In this document: piece after piece, positions 63,766 to 64,000 of the stretch
How the letters are laid out: each line of letters opens with the position of its first letter
How positions within the stretch are numbered: the first letter of the stretch is position 1
Assembly (NCBI GenBank): GCA_963695545.1
Contig: OY968796.1
Span: 1,216,001-1,280,000 of the forward strand
Source of the DNA: Terriglobia bacterium
Lineage (GTDB): Bacteria > Acidobacteriota > Terriglobia > Acidiferrales > UBA7541
Direction of reading: 5' to 3'
Length of the DNA stretch: 64,000 bases
Notes under the pieces: model-generated
Databases searched by the model: none
What the model saw: only the letters and a program-made list of their open reading frames with translations
Told to the model about the DNA's origin: nothing
Made by a program: the position numbers and the translations under genes

Positions 63766-64000
63766 TTGGGCAAAGTAATCGCCATCGCCAATCAGAAGGG
63801 CGGCGTCGGCAAAACAACTACTGCCATCAATCTGGCCGCCTCTCTTGCCGTCTCCGATCAGCACGTTCTCCTCGTCGATTCCGATCCCCAAAGTAATACC
63901 ACCGCCGGAATAGGGTTTCCGAAGGACCCATCGCGCAGAAGCCTGTATCACGCCATGATACTTGGCGAGCCCGTTGACCGAATCATCGTAAAGACACAGG
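63766..64000 (+). CDS. parA: ParA/Soj ATPase, 5' part, truncated by the window end
   Basis: TTG start, [26 protein letters not shown]...[10 protein letters not shown]. Confidence 0.95.
   Translation, partial: MGKVIAIANQKGGVGKTTTAINLAASLAVSDQHVLLVDSDPQSNTTAGIGFPKDPSRRSLYHAMILGEPVDRIIVKTQ

Overview
GC-rich bacterial chromosome segment, most likely Acidobacteriota (inferred from a GWxTD protein, Oar-type TonB receptors and Ser/Thr kinase-PD40 fusions), probably near the replication origin (rsmG-parS-parA at the right end). The left 12 kb holds a MEDS/PAS two-component cluster, a stress/redox module and a Crp/Fnr regulator with an FNR-like Cys cluster. Next come an uncalled metallothionein-like ORF and a complete porin-cytochrome conduit (MtrA/DmsE-like decaheme, MtrB/PioB-like barrel, monoheme cytochrome c, NapC/NirT-like cytochrome, small membrane protein), ending at a stand-alone tRNA-Ala. 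Three promoters in this module carry paired CRP-type boxes exactly 22 bp apart. The middle holds TonB-related genes and a 23S-5S unit with its own promoter and no 16S. It also has two non-coding repeat families (a 22-bp REP-like repeat bracketing cargo genes, and a 330-420 bp promoter-bearing element ending in a G-tract, present twice), two tandem kinases with near-identical catalytic domains, glycoside hydrolase-like genes and two toxin-antitoxin pairs. The right part is mostly housekeeping and signalling. At least three genes, probably four, have single-base frameshifts, likely assembly errors. All calls come from reading the sequence; no database search was run.
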